From Candidatus Cloacimonadales bacterium (GTDB lineage Bacteria; Cloacimonadota; Cloacimonadia; Cloacimonadales; JAFGVF01): DNA of 64,000 nt. Numbering within the stretch: position 1 is the first letter of the stretch; each line of letters begins with the position of its first letter. The stretch spans positions 1,504,001-1,568,000 of the forward strand of contig OY782781.1 of assembly GCA_963678315.1 (NCBI GenBank), written 5' to 3'. The translations under genes and the position numbers were made by a program. Shown piece by piece: positions 1-9,884 of this stretch. The notes under the pieces are model-generated. The model was not told the origin of the DNA and did no database searches. It saw nothing but the letters and a program-made list of their open reading frames with translations.

Positions 1-384
1 GAAGTTAACTATCGTAAAGAGTGTAATGATTTTCAACAAGATGCCTTAGATGCTTTTGCAGATCATAGTAAAGGTAAGGCAATCTCTGATTCAAATATAA
101 AATCATTAAATAGAATTATTGAATTTGCTAAGGAAAATGATATTGATGTTGTTTTAACAAGAACACCAAAAACAAAAGAATATCTAGATTTACTTGATGA
201 AGAATACATAAAGGATATAAAATTGATTGTTAATAATCTTGTAGATAAAAATAATAATGTCATGTTTTATGATTATTCTCAGGATAGTAATTTTACCCAT
301 AAACACTTCTATGATTCAAATCATTTAAACACAGAAGGTGCTAAAATATTTTCTAAGCTTCTTTGGGATAGAATAAATTCTTGA
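1..384 (+). CDS. 3' part of SGNH/DltD-like hydrolase-fold protein (5'-truncated by window edge)
   Basis: Frame 1 is open from base 1 to TGA at 382-384 and ends ...FYDSNHLNTEGAKIFS..., a D-x-x-H-L-N-x-x-G motif of SGNH-like proteins. Not in the ORF track. Confidence 0.6.
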   Translation, partial: EVNYRKECNDFQQDALDAFADHSKGKAISDSNIKSLNRIIEFAKENDIDVVLTRTPKTKEYLDLLDEEYIKDIKLIVNNLVDKNNNVMFYDYSQDSNFTHKHFYDSNHLNTEGAKIFSKLLWDRINS

Positions 385-431
385 CTCATATATCCTTTGT
401 AATAAATTATAAAAAAAATTAGGATTAAAAA

Positions 432-1226
432 ATGTATAATAAAATATTAGATAGCTCACTTTTCTTTCTATTAGCAGGTCCTTGTGTAATAGAATCTGAA
501 AAAAGTGTTATGCAAATTGCAGAAGAATTAAAAGAGATAACCTCAAAACTTCAGATAGAATATGTCTTTAAGGCTTCTTATAAAAAAGCTAATAGAACAT
601 CTTTGGACTCATTTACTGGAGTCGGTATTGATGAGGGTATGAGAATTCTTGAAAAAGTAAAGAAAGAACTTGATTTACCTGTGGTTACAGATATACATGA
701 AGCGCATGAAGCATCTATTGTTGCTGATGTAGTGGATATTATTCAGATACCAGCTTTTTTATCAAGACAGACTGATTTATTGCTATCAGCTGGAAATACC
801 GGTAAGATTGTAAATATCAAAAAGGCTCAATTTATGGCTGGAGAAGATGTTGAGAGTGCAGCTGAAAAAGTAAAATCAACTGGTAACTCAAAAATTATGT
901 TAACAGAAAGAGGGACTTCTTTTGGCTACCATAATCTGGTAGTGGATTTTAGAAACTTTGCAATAATGAAAAGTATGGGATTACCGGTAATCTATGATGT
1001 AACCCATTCACTTCAACAGCCTTCAGTAGGCAAGATATCAGGAGGAACACCGCAATATGTTCCTATGATGGCTAAAGCAGCATTAGCTACGGGTATGGTT
1101 GATGGTTTGTTCTTAGAAACTCATCCAAACCCAGAAAAAGGGCTAAGTGATGCTAAGTCAATGTATCCACTAGCAAAGATGGAAAAACTATTAGAAGATT
1201 GTGTGAGAGTGTGGAATGCAAGATAA
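432..1226 (+). CDS. kdsA: KDO-8-phosphate synthase
   Basis: AGPCVIES, KASYKKANRTS, QIPAFLSRQTDLL and ERGTSFGY motifs. Confidence 0.97.
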   Translation: MYNKILDSSLFFLLAGPCVIESEKSVMQIAEELKEITSKLQIEYVFKASYKKANRTSLDSFTGVGIDEGMRILEKVKKELDLPVVTDIHEAHEASIVADVVDIIQIPAFLSRQTDLLLSAGNTGKIVNIKKAQFMAGEDVESAAEKVKSTGNSKIMLTERGTSFGYHNLVVDFRNFAIMKSMGLPVIYDVTHSLQQPSVGKISGGTPQYVPMMAKAALATGMVDGLFLETHPNPEKGLSDAKSMYPLAKMEKLLEDCVRVWNAR

Positions 1227-1779
1227 AATCAAAAATATAAAAATTGTCTGTTTCGATTGCGATGGAGTTTTGACAGATGGTAAGATTACATATATTCAGA
1301 CTAAAAGAGTTAATCATTTTGCAGATGATAATCATGGAACCGAGTTAGACATCTATGAACAAAAGAATTTCTCAGCAAGAGACGGAATGGGGATTATGTT
1401 CTTAAACTATGCAGGACTTATTCCTGCTGTGATTACAGGCAGAAGATCAGCTGTTCTTCAACAGAGATGTGAAGATTTAAAGATAAAGCATCTTCATCAA
1501 AAAATAAGCAATAAAGCTAAGAAGATGGAAGAAATCTTAGAAGAGTTAGGGCTGACTTGGGATAATGTTGCTTATATGGGAGATGACTGGAATGATTATC
1601 CAATGTTTAAGAGAGCAAGCTTTACAGCATGTCCTAATGATGCTGAGGATACTATTAAACCGCATGTCGATTTTATCTCTAAGTATAATGGGGGACAAGG
1701 GGCTGTAAGAGAATTTGTTAATTTAATCCTTATGGAAAAAGGTCTGTATGAAGAAACTGTTAAAAAGTTTGATATTTAG
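1216..1779 (+). CDS. kdsC: KDO-8-phosphate phosphatase (HAD family)
   Basis: FDCDGVLTDG, ITGR, YMGDDWND and GGQGAVREF motifs; follows kdsA. Confidence 0.93.
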   Translation: MQDKIKNIKIVCFDCDGVLTDGKITYIQTKRVNHFADDNHGTELDIYEQKNFSARDGMGIMFLNYAGLIPAVITGRRSAVLQQRCEDLKIKHLHQKISNKAKKMEEILEELGLTWDNVAYMGDDWNDYPMFKRASFTACPNDAEDTIKPHVDFISKYNGGQGAVREFVNLILMEKGLYEETVKKFDI

Positions 1780-2329
1780 TCTTCTTTTGCTATTACTAGC
1801 ATGTGAAACGACATCACAAGTAAATGAGACAACTTTTGATGAAAGCCTTCCTGATGAACAGAGCAAAGGTGTTTTTGTTAATAGGTATAATGGTGAAAAA
1901 CTTGAATTTAGTCTTAAAGCTAAGACAATAACAAGATACTATGCAAGCAGGAAGACTATTGCAGATTCAGTCTTTATTAGTAGTGTAGATGAAGAAACTG
2001 GAGTATTATCAACGATTTCATGCAATACTACAACTATAGATGACACTTCCAATTTGGTTAAAGGTGAAGGAAACGTAATTCTCAAATACGGTGATACGAG
2101 AACAATTAAAACAGAATTAGTTTTATGGGATAGAGCTAATGATAAAATAAGATGTCCTAGAGAAGTTGATTTTTGGGATGGCGATAATTATCTTCATGGT
2201 AATAAGCTAATTACGAATTCAAAACTTGAAGTAACAAAACTAGAAAACGTATCAGGAGAAGGAGTTGCAGATGAAAAGATGCTTGATGATTATTATGATC
2301 GTAGTGTGTCTAAACCTTCTACTAAGTAA
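1748..2329 (+). CDS. lptC: LPS export protein LptC-like lipoprotein
   Basis: Lipobox (LLLAC), beta-jellyroll-like sequence (KTELVLWD), position in kdsC-lptC-lptA-lptB order. Confidence 0.7.
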   Translation: MKKLLKSLIFSLLLLLLACETTSQVNETTFDESLPDEQSKGVFVNRYNGEKLEFSLKAKTITRYYASRKTIADSVFISSVDEETGVLSTISCNTTTIDDTSNLVKGEGNVILKYGDTRTIKTELVLWDRANDKIRCPREVDFWDGDNYLHGNKLITNSKLEVTKLENVSGEGVADEKMLDDYYDRSVSKPSTK

Positions 2330-3377
2330 TGAAATTCTAGATAACAAAAGTTATAAGATTATAAATTCGGATAAGGTTCTTGTAAATAAATCTTATGACA
2401 ATTATGTCATGAATCTGCAAGGAAATGTTCATTTCTTTTATGGAGACTTTGAATTTTATTGTGATAATGGGATAATTATCGAAGAAACAGAAACTGCCAA
2501 GATGATTGGTAATGTTACAGTATTACAGGATACCCTTAAGTTAGTTTCTGAGTTCGCTTTTTATGATAAAATTCATGAAGAAGTTAAATTGAAAGGCCAT
2601 GTTAAGGTTTATGAATATACACAGGAAGGAATTCTAAAGAGAGAGTTTAGAGCTGACTCCCTTAACTATCTTAAGAGAAAAGAAGAGTTTATAGCTAATA
2701 AGAATGTGGAAGCTTTTGAGTATTTTGAAAAATACCAAGCTAAGTGTGGTTATCTTGAATATCGAAGAAATGATGGATACGGGTTCATGAAGATTAATCC
2801 TGAAATTGAGAGTTTCAAGGATACAGTATTAATCAAATCTCAAAAAATGGAATATTTCGAAGATTTTTCTAAAATTGTTGCTTCATTTAATGTAGAAACA
2901 TCATTTCCAGATGCAGAAGTAAGCAGTGATTTCCTAATATATTATAGAGATGAACAGAAAGCTGTATTTTCAGGGAATCCTGAGCTTGAATCAGAGTTTG
3001 GTTCAGGTAAAGCTGAGACTTTCAACATATTTCTAGTAGAGAACAACATTGATAAAATTGAGTTTACCAATGATTGCTCTTTAAAGTTCTCTTTCAAAGA
3101 AGGAGAAGAACAGGATAATTGGCTTAAATCAGATGCTTTAACAATAGAGTTTGAAGACAAAAAGCCTAGTAATATGTTTGCTGAAGGAAGTGTTAGTTAT
3201 AGTATAATTTCAGAAGAAGAAAAACGCAAAAGTAAAGAATATTCTGAAAATAGGTCGAGTTCTGAATATATTGAAATTGTCTTTACCGATGATAATGAAC
3301 TAGCTGAATTAATACAAAAAGAAAAAATTAAAGGAACTTATTTATTTAAGTCAGCCCCCAAAAAAAGCACTGATTAA
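2265..3377 (+). CDS. LptA/OstA-like LPS transport periplasmic protein
   Basis: Signal peptide, repeated beta-jellyroll motifs (GNVHF, GNVTV, GNPEL), between lptC and lptB. Confidence 0.7.
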   Translation: MQMKRCLMIIMIVVCLNLLLSNEILDNKSYKIINSDKVLVNKSYDNYVMNLQGNVHFFYGDFEFYCDNGIIIEETETAKMIGNVTVLQDTLKLVSEFAFYDKIHEEVKLKGHVKVYEYTQEGILKREFRADSLNYLKRKEEFIANKNVEAFEYFEKYQAKCGYLEYRRNDGYGFMKINPEIESFKDTVLIKSQKMEYFEDFSKIVASFNVETSFPDAEVSSDFLIYYRDEQKAVFSGNPELESEFGSGKAETFNIFLVENNIDKIEFTNDCSLKFSFKEGEEQDNWLKSDALTIEFEDKKPSNMFAEGSVSYSIISEEEKRKSKEYSENRSSSEYIEIVFTDDNELAELIQKEKIKGTYLFKSAPKKSTD

Positions 3378-3508
3378 ATACATAATAAATTGATTATCTG
3401 GAAGATATGCTAAGTTATGTCTAAGGATTAGAAAGAAATTCTATGTTTTGGAAAAAAAATTGCTTAAATTCCTTGACAAGTTAGTAAAAGTTATGCAATA
3501 TTTAATCC

Positions 3509-4258
3509 ATGAATAATCAAAAAGATTCAATAAAAGCTAATAATTTAGTTAAAATATATGGTAAGAGAAGAGTTGTAAACGACTTAAGCTTAAACATCTC
3601 TCAAGGAGAAGTTGTAGGTATCTTAGGCCCCAATGGAGCTGGTAAAACTACTACTTTCTACATGATAATTGGTATTGCAAAGCCTAATCATGGAAAGGTT
3701 TTCTTCAATGATATTGAAATAACCAAGAAGCCTATGTATAAGCGTGCAAAGCTAGGTATAGGTTATCTTGCTCAAGCACCATCTATTTTTCATAAATTAA
3801 CAGTTGAACAGAACATTCTTGCAATTCTAGAAACAACAAAATATAATAAAAAAGATAAACGCAAGCTTCTAGACGAATATTTAGAAGAATTAAATCTTAC
3901 TAAAGTAGCCAAACAAAAAGCTTACACTCTTTCTGGAGGGGAGAGAAGAAAATTGGAAATTACTCGCTCTTTAGTAACTAAGCCTTCTTTTTTGTTTATG
4001 GATGAGCCTTTTGCAGGAGTTGATCCAATTTCAATCAATGATATCCAAGATATAATTCTTAAACTTAAGAATCGTAACATTGGTGTTATGATTACTGATC
4101 ATAATGTACAGGAAACTCTAAAAATTGTTGATAGAGCCTACATTACATTTGAAGGACAAATTATGGTTGAAGGAACAGCTCAAGAGTTAGTGAATGATAA
4201 GAAAGCAAGAGAGCTGTATTTAGGTGATAGATTTTTAAGCTCTTCAGTGGTGAGATAG
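3509..4258 (+). CDS. lptB: LPS export ABC transporter ATPase
   Basis: GPNGAGKTTTFY, LSGGERRKLEI, DEPFAGVDP and ITDHNV motifs. Confidence 0.97.
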   Translation: MNNQKDSIKANNLVKIYGKRRVVNDLSLNISQGEVVGILGPNGAGKTTTFYMIIGIAKPNHGKVFFNDIEITKKPMYKRAKLGIGYLAQAPSIFHKLTVEQNILAILETTKYNKKDKRKLLDEYLEELNLTKVAKQKAYTLSGGERRKLEITRSLVTKPSFLFMDEPFAGVDPISINDIQDIILKLKNRNIGVMITDHNVQETLKIVDRAYITFEGQIMVEGTAQELVNDKKARELYLGDRFLSSSVVR

Positions 4259-5719
4259 ATGTTAAGTCAAGAATTATCCATAAAACAGAAGCAGGAATTA
4301 GCACTTAAGCCTAAAATGCTTCAATCATTACAGATGTTAACTCTTCCTTTGATGGAATTAGAAATGCACATTAAAGAAGAGATAATGAAAAATCCACTTC
4401 TTGAAATGCGTACTGATGATGATTCTAATATCGAAAACGAGATTCCTAAAGATGAAGTTGTTGTAAATGAGAAGGAACTCGGAGAAGCTAACGACGAAGT
4501 CAAAAAAACTTTGGAAGAAGCTCAAGAATTGACGGAAATCTTAGATACTTGGAAAGAGTATCATCATATGACTAGTGGAAATAGAGATTATTCATATAAT
4601 AGGGATGATGATGACAGCATGACTTATGAAAAATACATGCAGACTCCCGAAGATAAAAATGCAGAGTATTTACTTCAGCTATATAGTTACAACATGACTG
4701 AAGATGAATATGATTTTGCAACTGATTTAATAGACTCTATAGATATTTATGGTTTTTTGAAGGATGATGATGTGGTTGCTTACACAGCCGATACTTATGA
4801 TATTCCACTTGCGAGGGCAGAAGAGGTTCATAATATTATTATGTCTTTAGAACCTCAAGGTCTAACTGCTAGGAATATCTCTGAGTGCTTGATCGCACAA
4901 CTTGATGATGAGCAACTTAAAAATCATGTACTAGTTGAAGTAATAAAGAACGATTTTCAAGATTTGATTCACAGACGTTATAATAAGATTGCTTCAAAAT
5001 ATCAAGTTTCAGTAGAATACATTGGATTTCTAAAAGAACAAATTGCAAAACTAGATCCTAAACCAGGTTTGAGAATGCTATCAAATTCGGAAAAGTATAT
5101 TACTCCAGATCTGGTTGTAAAGCAAATTGGTTATGAATTTGAAGTTATTGTGAATGATAAATATTCTCCAAACTTAGTGATAAATTCACGTTACCGAAGA
5201 ATGCTTAATTCATCAAGAGTTGATAAGGATACTGTACATTTTGTTCGAGATAAAATTAATGCTGCTAAATTCTTGATAAAATCTATGTATATGAGAGTAA
5301 GAACACTTGAAAGGGTTATGAAATCTATTATTAAGTATCAATACGATTTCTTTTATAACAGCTCAGGAATCATGGTTCCTTTGAACTACTCTTCTATTGC
5401 TGAAGATGTTGGAGTTAGCGAATCAACAATTTCTAGGGTTGTTAAAGATAAATATGTTGATACTCCTTTTGGAATATTTGCTCTTAAAAAGTTTTTTACT
5501 TCAACTGCAGGCAAAGATAGTAATTACGAATCAATTTCAAGACAAAGAGTTAAATCTGTAATATCAAAATATGTAGATTCTGAAGATAAGAATTCTCCAT
5601 ATACAGATCAACAATTGGTAAAGATGTTAAAAGATGATGGGCTAAACGTTTCACGTAGGATTGTAGCTAAATATAGAGATGAAATGAATATTTTAAATAG
5701 TAGATTAAGGAAAAAATAA
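4259..5719 (+). CDS. rpoN: RNA polymerase sigma-54 factor
   Basis: Q/L-rich region I, SESTISR helix-turn-helix, RpoN box SRRIVAKYR. Confidence 0.96.
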   Translation: MLSQELSIKQKQELALKPKMLQSLQMLTLPLMELEMHIKEEIMKNPLLEMRTDDDSNIENEIPKDEVVVNEKELGEANDEVKKTLEEAQELTEILDTWKEYHHMTSGNRDYSYNRDDDDSMTYEKYMQTPEDKNAEYLLQLYSYNMTEDEYDFATDLIDSIDIYGFLKDDDVVAYTADTYDIPLARAEEVHNIIMSLEPQGLTARNISECLIAQLDDEQLKNHVLVEVIKNDFQDLIHRRYNKIASKYQVSVEYIGFLKEQIAKLDPKPGLRMLSNSEKYITPDLVVKQIGYEFEVIVNDKYSPNLVINSRYRRMLNSSRVDKDTVHFVRDKINAAKFLIKSMYMRVRTLERVMKSIIKYQYDFFYNSSGIMVPLNYSSIAEDVGVSESTISRVVKDKYVDTPFGIFALKKFFTSTAGKDSNYESISRQRVKSVISKYVDSEDKNSPYTDQQLVKMLKDDGLNVSRRIVAKYRDEMNILNSRLRKK

Positions 5720-7116
5720 TGAGACATTTTAAAGTTGCTATAATCGGTGGTGGACCAGGTGGATATGTTACAGCGTTAAGATTAAATCAATATAATATAG
5801 AAACAGTTGTGTTTGAAAAAGAGCGTTTAGGTGGAGTGTGCCTTAATTGGGGTTGTATTCCAACAAAGACATTAGTTAAGAGCTCAGAATTATATAGTGA
5901 AATTCTACATGCTCAAGAATTTGGAATTAACCTAGAAAATCCAACAATTGATTTTGAGCAAGTTTATACTAGAAAAGATGGTGTTGTCGAAAAGCTTGTT
6001 GGTGGTATTGAATTCATGTTCAAGAAACTTAATCTGCCTCTAATAAACGATACTGTAACAAAAATATGTAAGAATGATAATCTTTTCACTATAGAATCTA
6101 AAACTGAGACTGTGACTGCAGATTATGTTATTCTTGCAACAGGTTCTCTTCCTACAGAACTTCCTTTTATGAAGTTTGATCATGACAAGATTATCTCATC
6201 AAAAGACATTTTACAGCTTAAAGAGCAACCAAAATCTCTAATAGTAGTTGGTGGGGGAGTTATAGGTTGTGAGTTTGCATCGATATTCAAACAATTAGGG
6301 ACAGATGTCACTATTGTAGAGTATTTACCTAGACTTCTTGCAGGAGAAGATGAGGAAATTTCCAAACGTGTGGGAATGGCTTTTAAACGCAAGAAAATGA
6401 AGCTTATATTAGGTAAAGGTGTTGAAAGCTATGAAGAAACTGAGAATGGTGTAAAAGTTAATGTTGCTGGTGGAAAGTGCATTGAAGCAGAAAAAGTGCT
6501 TGTAAGTGTAGGTAGAAGCCCTCGTTGCGATATTGAATTTGCTGGTTTTGAAGTTGAGAGAGATAGAGGGGCCATAGTTGTTGATGAATTTATGAAAACA
6601 GGTGTTGAGAATTTATTTGCAATTGGTGACCTTAACGGAAAACAACTTCTTGCTCATACAGCTTCAAAACAGGGACTCTTAGTTGCTTCCTTAATAAAGA
6701 GTGAACTTGAAGAAGAAGCGCATGATATTGAACCAATCATTTATGAAAATGTACCACGATGTACTTTTACTAATCCTGAAATAGCTTCTGTTGGACTTAC
6801 TGAAGAGCAAGCAAAAGAAAAATATGAAGAAATTTTAGTAGGAAAATTCCCTTATTCTGCAAGTGGAAAAGCAATGGGTATGGGTGATACTTTTGGCTTC
6901 TGTAAAACAGTTGCAGATAAGAAAACTGGTAGGATTGTTGGAATGCATATTATTGGGTTACAAGCATCTGAGCTTATTGCCCAAGCTTCTATTCTTATCG
7001 GTAAAGAAGCAGATGTTCATGATGTCGAAAAGATAGTTTTTGCTCATCCAACATTGTCTGAGATTGTTATGGAATCAATAGAAGACACAATTTCTTTGTC
7101 AGTACATAAAATTTAG
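5719..7116 (+). CDS. lpdA: Dihydrolipoyl dehydrogenase
   Basis: GGGPGGY, GGVCLNWGCIPTK, GGGVIGCE and HPTLSE motifs. Confidence 0.96.
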   Translation: MRHFKVAIIGGGPGGYVTALRLNQYNIETVVFEKERLGGVCLNWGCIPTKTLVKSSELYSEILHAQEFGINLENPTIDFEQVYTRKDGVVEKLVGGIEFMFKKLNLPLINDTVTKICKNDNLFTIESKTETVTADYVILATGSLPTELPFMKFDHDKIISSKDILQLKEQPKSLIVVGGGVIGCEFASIFKQLGTDVTIVEYLPRLLAGEDEEISKRVGMAFKRKKMKLILGKGVESYEETENGVKVNVAGGKCIEAEKVLVSVGRSPRCDIEFAGFEVERDRGAIVVDEFMKTGVENLFAIGDLNGKQLLAHTASKQGLLVASLIKSELEEEAHDIEPIIYENVPRCTFTNPEIASVGLTEEQAKEKYEEILVGKFPYSASGKAMGMGDTFGFCKTVADKKTGRIVGMHIIGLQASELIAQASILIGKEADVHDVEKIVFAHPTLSEIVMESIEDTISLSVHKI

Positions 7117-7145
7117 TTATAATATAAATATACTTTTGAGGTTGA

Positions 7146-8021
7146 ATGTCGATGAATAAATTAAGAAAACCAGAATGGTTAAAAGCTAATAGGCTAGGAA
7201 ATGAACAAGCTAATACTATAAGAAAGTATTTAGCAAAATTTAATTTACACACTGTGTGTAATTCAGCTAGATGTCCTAATCAGGGAGAGTGTTTTAACAG
7301 AGGCACTGCAACTTTCATGATATTGGGAGATGTTTGTACTCGCAACTGCAAATTCTGTGCAATTGATAAAACTAAAGAACTAGTAAATCCTGATCCTAAT
7401 GAGCCTAAAGCTATTGCAGAACTCTCAAAAGAACTTAACCTTAAACACATAGTAATTACAACTGTCACAAGAGATGATTTACCTGATGGTGGAGCTTCTC
7501 AATTTGTAAATGCAATAGATGAGATTAAAGCAATATGTGATAATAAAGTCACAATCGAAACTTTAATTTCAGATTTAGAGGGGAATTGGGATGCCTTGGA
7601 ATCAATTGTTCAAGCATGCCCAACAGTATTGAATCATAATGTCGAAACTATTAAGAAATTATACCCTGAAGTAAGACCTATGGCTAATTATGATAGGTCA
7701 CTTCAATTATTAAAGAAAGTGAAAGAACTCAATCCTGATATTATCACAAAGAGTGGGTTTATGGTCGGTTTAGGTGAGACTGAAGAAGAGGTCAAACACC
7801 TTCTAAACGATTTATATGCACATGGTGTTCAAATCGTTACAATTGGTCAGTATCTTCAACCTACTAAAGATCATCTTCCTGTTAAAGAGTATGTTCATCC
7901 TAATGTATTCGAGAAGTACAGAATTTATGGAGAAGAACTTGGCTTTATGTTTGTTGAATCAGGACCTTTAGTAAGAAGTTCTTATCACGCTGAAAGAGTA
8001 CAAAATTATATCACTAATTAG
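7146..8021 (+). CDS. lipA: Lipoyl synthase
   Basis: CNSARCPNQGEC, CTRNCKFC and RSSYHA motifs. Confidence 0.97.
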   Translation: MSMNKLRKPEWLKANRLGNEQANTIRKYLAKFNLHTVCNSARCPNQGECFNRGTATFMILGDVCTRNCKFCAIDKTKELVNPDPNEPKAIAELSKELNLKHIVITTVTRDDLPDGGASQFVNAIDEIKAICDNKVTIETLISDLEGNWDALESIVQACPTVLNHNVETIKKLYPEVRPMANYDRSLQLLKKVKELNPDIITKSGFMVGLGETEEEVKHLLNDLYAHGVQIVTIGQYLQPTKDHLPVKEYVHPNVFEKYRIYGEELGFMFVESGPLVRSSYHAERVQNYITN

Positions 8022-8029
8022 GAGGCTTT

Positions 8030-8569
8030 ATGCATATTACAATCACCGCACGCCATTTTGAACTAACCAATGCAATCAGAGACCACGTAGAAGATAGTTT
8101 ATTCAAACTAAAAAGATATTTTGATCATATCATTACTGTGCATGTGACATTGGCATTGGAGAATAGTCGAAATATATGTGAAATAAGTCTTCATGCTTCG
8201 AAATTCTCGCTTCAAAGTGATGGCGAGGCTATGGACATGTATATTGCTATTGATGAAACCATCGAAAAGATGGAAGCACAAATTAAGAAACTTAAAGATA
8301 AAGTAACAGATCACCACAAAAAAGGATTAAAAGATAACTTTGATCCATACTTCTCTAGAGCTCATTTGTATAAGAAAGGTAAAGATAGTGATGGACACAA
8401 ATTAGTTAAGACTAAAAGAGTAGTTCCAGATATCCTTACAGTAGATGAAGCTTTAGAACATTTTGAAGAAAAAGGTACAGATTACTTTATTTTCAAGAAT
8501 GTTGAAACAGATAGAATCAATGTTCTAGTTAAAAGAGATGACACTCATTTTAAACTTTTACAACCTTAA
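8030..8569 (+). CDS. raiA: Ribosome hibernation factor (long HPF/RaiA)
   Basis: MHITITARHFELT...DMYIAID...LKDK, plus C-terminal S30EA-like domain. Confidence 0.9.
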   Translation: MHITITARHFELTNAIRDHVEDSLFKLKRYFDHIITVHVTLALENSRNICEISLHASKFSLQSDGEAMDMYIAIDETIEKMEAQIKKLKDKVTDHHKKGLKDNFDPYFSRAHLYKKGKDSDGHKLVKTKRVVPDILTVDEALEHFEEKGTDYFIFKNVETDRINVLVKRDDTHFKLLQP

Positions 8570-8579
8570 AATATAATAT

Positions 8580-8609
8580 GTCAGGGCACATAAGTGTCCT
8601 GACTATTTT
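8580..8609 (+). terminator. Probable intrinsic terminator
   Basis: GTCAGGGCAC-ATAA-GTGTCCTGAC hairpin followed by TATTTT. Confidence 0.6.
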
Positions 8610-8618
8610 GGATAAACC

Positions 8619-9575
8619 ATGAAAGAGATAGCATTAAAGACGTTTTTCGAAAACAATAAGAGTCGATTTGCACTAAGTATAATTACAGAAGAAAAGACTT
8701 TAAACACAGTTATTACATCACCTTATATAAATAGGCCTGGTTTAGCCTTAGCTGGATTTCTTAATAGATTTGCTTCTGATAGAATTCAAGTGATTGGCGA
8801 AACTGAAGTTAGATATTTACACTCACTTTCAGAGAATCAGATTTATGAAAGGTTCAAACAGATTTTCACCTATAGTATTCCTTGCATAATAGTTTCTAAG
8901 GGGTTAACTCTCCCTTATATCGTTGAGTACTTGGCTAATGAAATGAATATTGCTATTTTTTCTTCAAGATTATCCACAATCAATCTATATCATTCTTTGT
9001 CTAAATACCTTAATCACCTATTTGCTCCAGAAATGTCAATTCATGCAACTCTTGTTGATGTTTATGGTGTTGGCATACTTCTAACAGGTAAGAGCGGAAT
9101 TGGTAAGAGTGAATGTGCATTAGATCTCGTTCATAGAGGGCACAGTCTTGTATCAGATGATACTGTCAAAATAACAGCCTTAGATGATACTTTGACTGGT
9201 AAACCAGCTAAAGACTTTGGTCACTTTATGGAAATTAGAGGTGTTGGATTAATTAATATTGAGAGAATGTTTGGAATTCAAAGAGTCAGACAGAAGCTCA
9301 AGATTGATATGCAAATTGAGTTAATGCCATGGCAAGAGAATATGGATTATGAAAGGGTTGGATTAGTAAATAATTACATTGATAGATTAGGAATTAATAT
9401 CCCTTTAATATATCTTCCGGTATCTCCTGGAAAGAATGTTTCTGTAATTGTTGAAGTGGCTGCAATGAATTATATATTAAAGACTTATGGCTATGATGCT
9501 GCCGAAGACTATACAAACAAAATACAAGAAGAGATTAAGCGTAAGACAATGATTAGAAAGATGTCTTCAAATTAA
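8619..9575 (+). CDS. hprK: HPr(Ser) kinase/phosphorylase
   Basis: NRPGLALAG, GKSGIGKSECALDL and HFMEIRGVGLI motifs. Confidence 0.97.
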   Translation: MKEIALKTFFENNKSRFALSIITEEKTLNTVITSPYINRPGLALAGFLNRFASDRIQVIGETEVRYLHSLSENQIYERFKQIFTYSIPCIIVSKGLTLPYIVEYLANEMNIAIFSSRLSTINLYHSLSKYLNHLFAPEMSIHATLVDVYGVGILLTGKSGIGKSECALDLVHRGHSLVSDDTVKITALDDTLTGKPAKDFGHFMEIRGVGLINIERMFGIQRVRQKLKIDMQIELMPWQENMDYERVGLVNNYIDRLGINIPLIYLPVSPGKNVSVIVEVAAMNYILKTYGYDAAEDYTNKIQEEIKRKTMIRKMSSN

Positions 9576-9614
9576 TCTATTTATTAACCATAATTATTAC
9601 ATAAGGTAAAAACT

Positions 9615-9884
9615 ATGATTGAAAAGACTATTCAAGTACAGAATAAACTTGGACTGCATGCTAGACCATCAGCTTTGTTAGTAAAAACAGCAACAAAGTT
9701 CCGTTCTGAGTTTCATATAGAAAAGGAAGGAATGAAAGTTAATGGCAAAAGTATCATGGGTGTTATGATGCTAGCTGCGGAGTGTGGTTCAGAATTATTA
9801 GTCATGATTGATGGACCAGATGAACAATATTTGCTTAAAGAAATAGAAGAGTTATTCGGGAATTTATTTGGTGAGTCAGAATGA
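9615..9884 (+). CDS. ptsH: Phosphocarrier protein HPr
   Basis: GLHARP (His15) and GKSIMG (Ser46). Confidence 0.95.
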   Translation: MIEKTIQVQNKLGLHARPSALLVKTATKFRSEFHIEKEGMKVNGKSIMGVMMLAAECGSELLVMIDGPDEQYLLKEIEELFGNLFGESE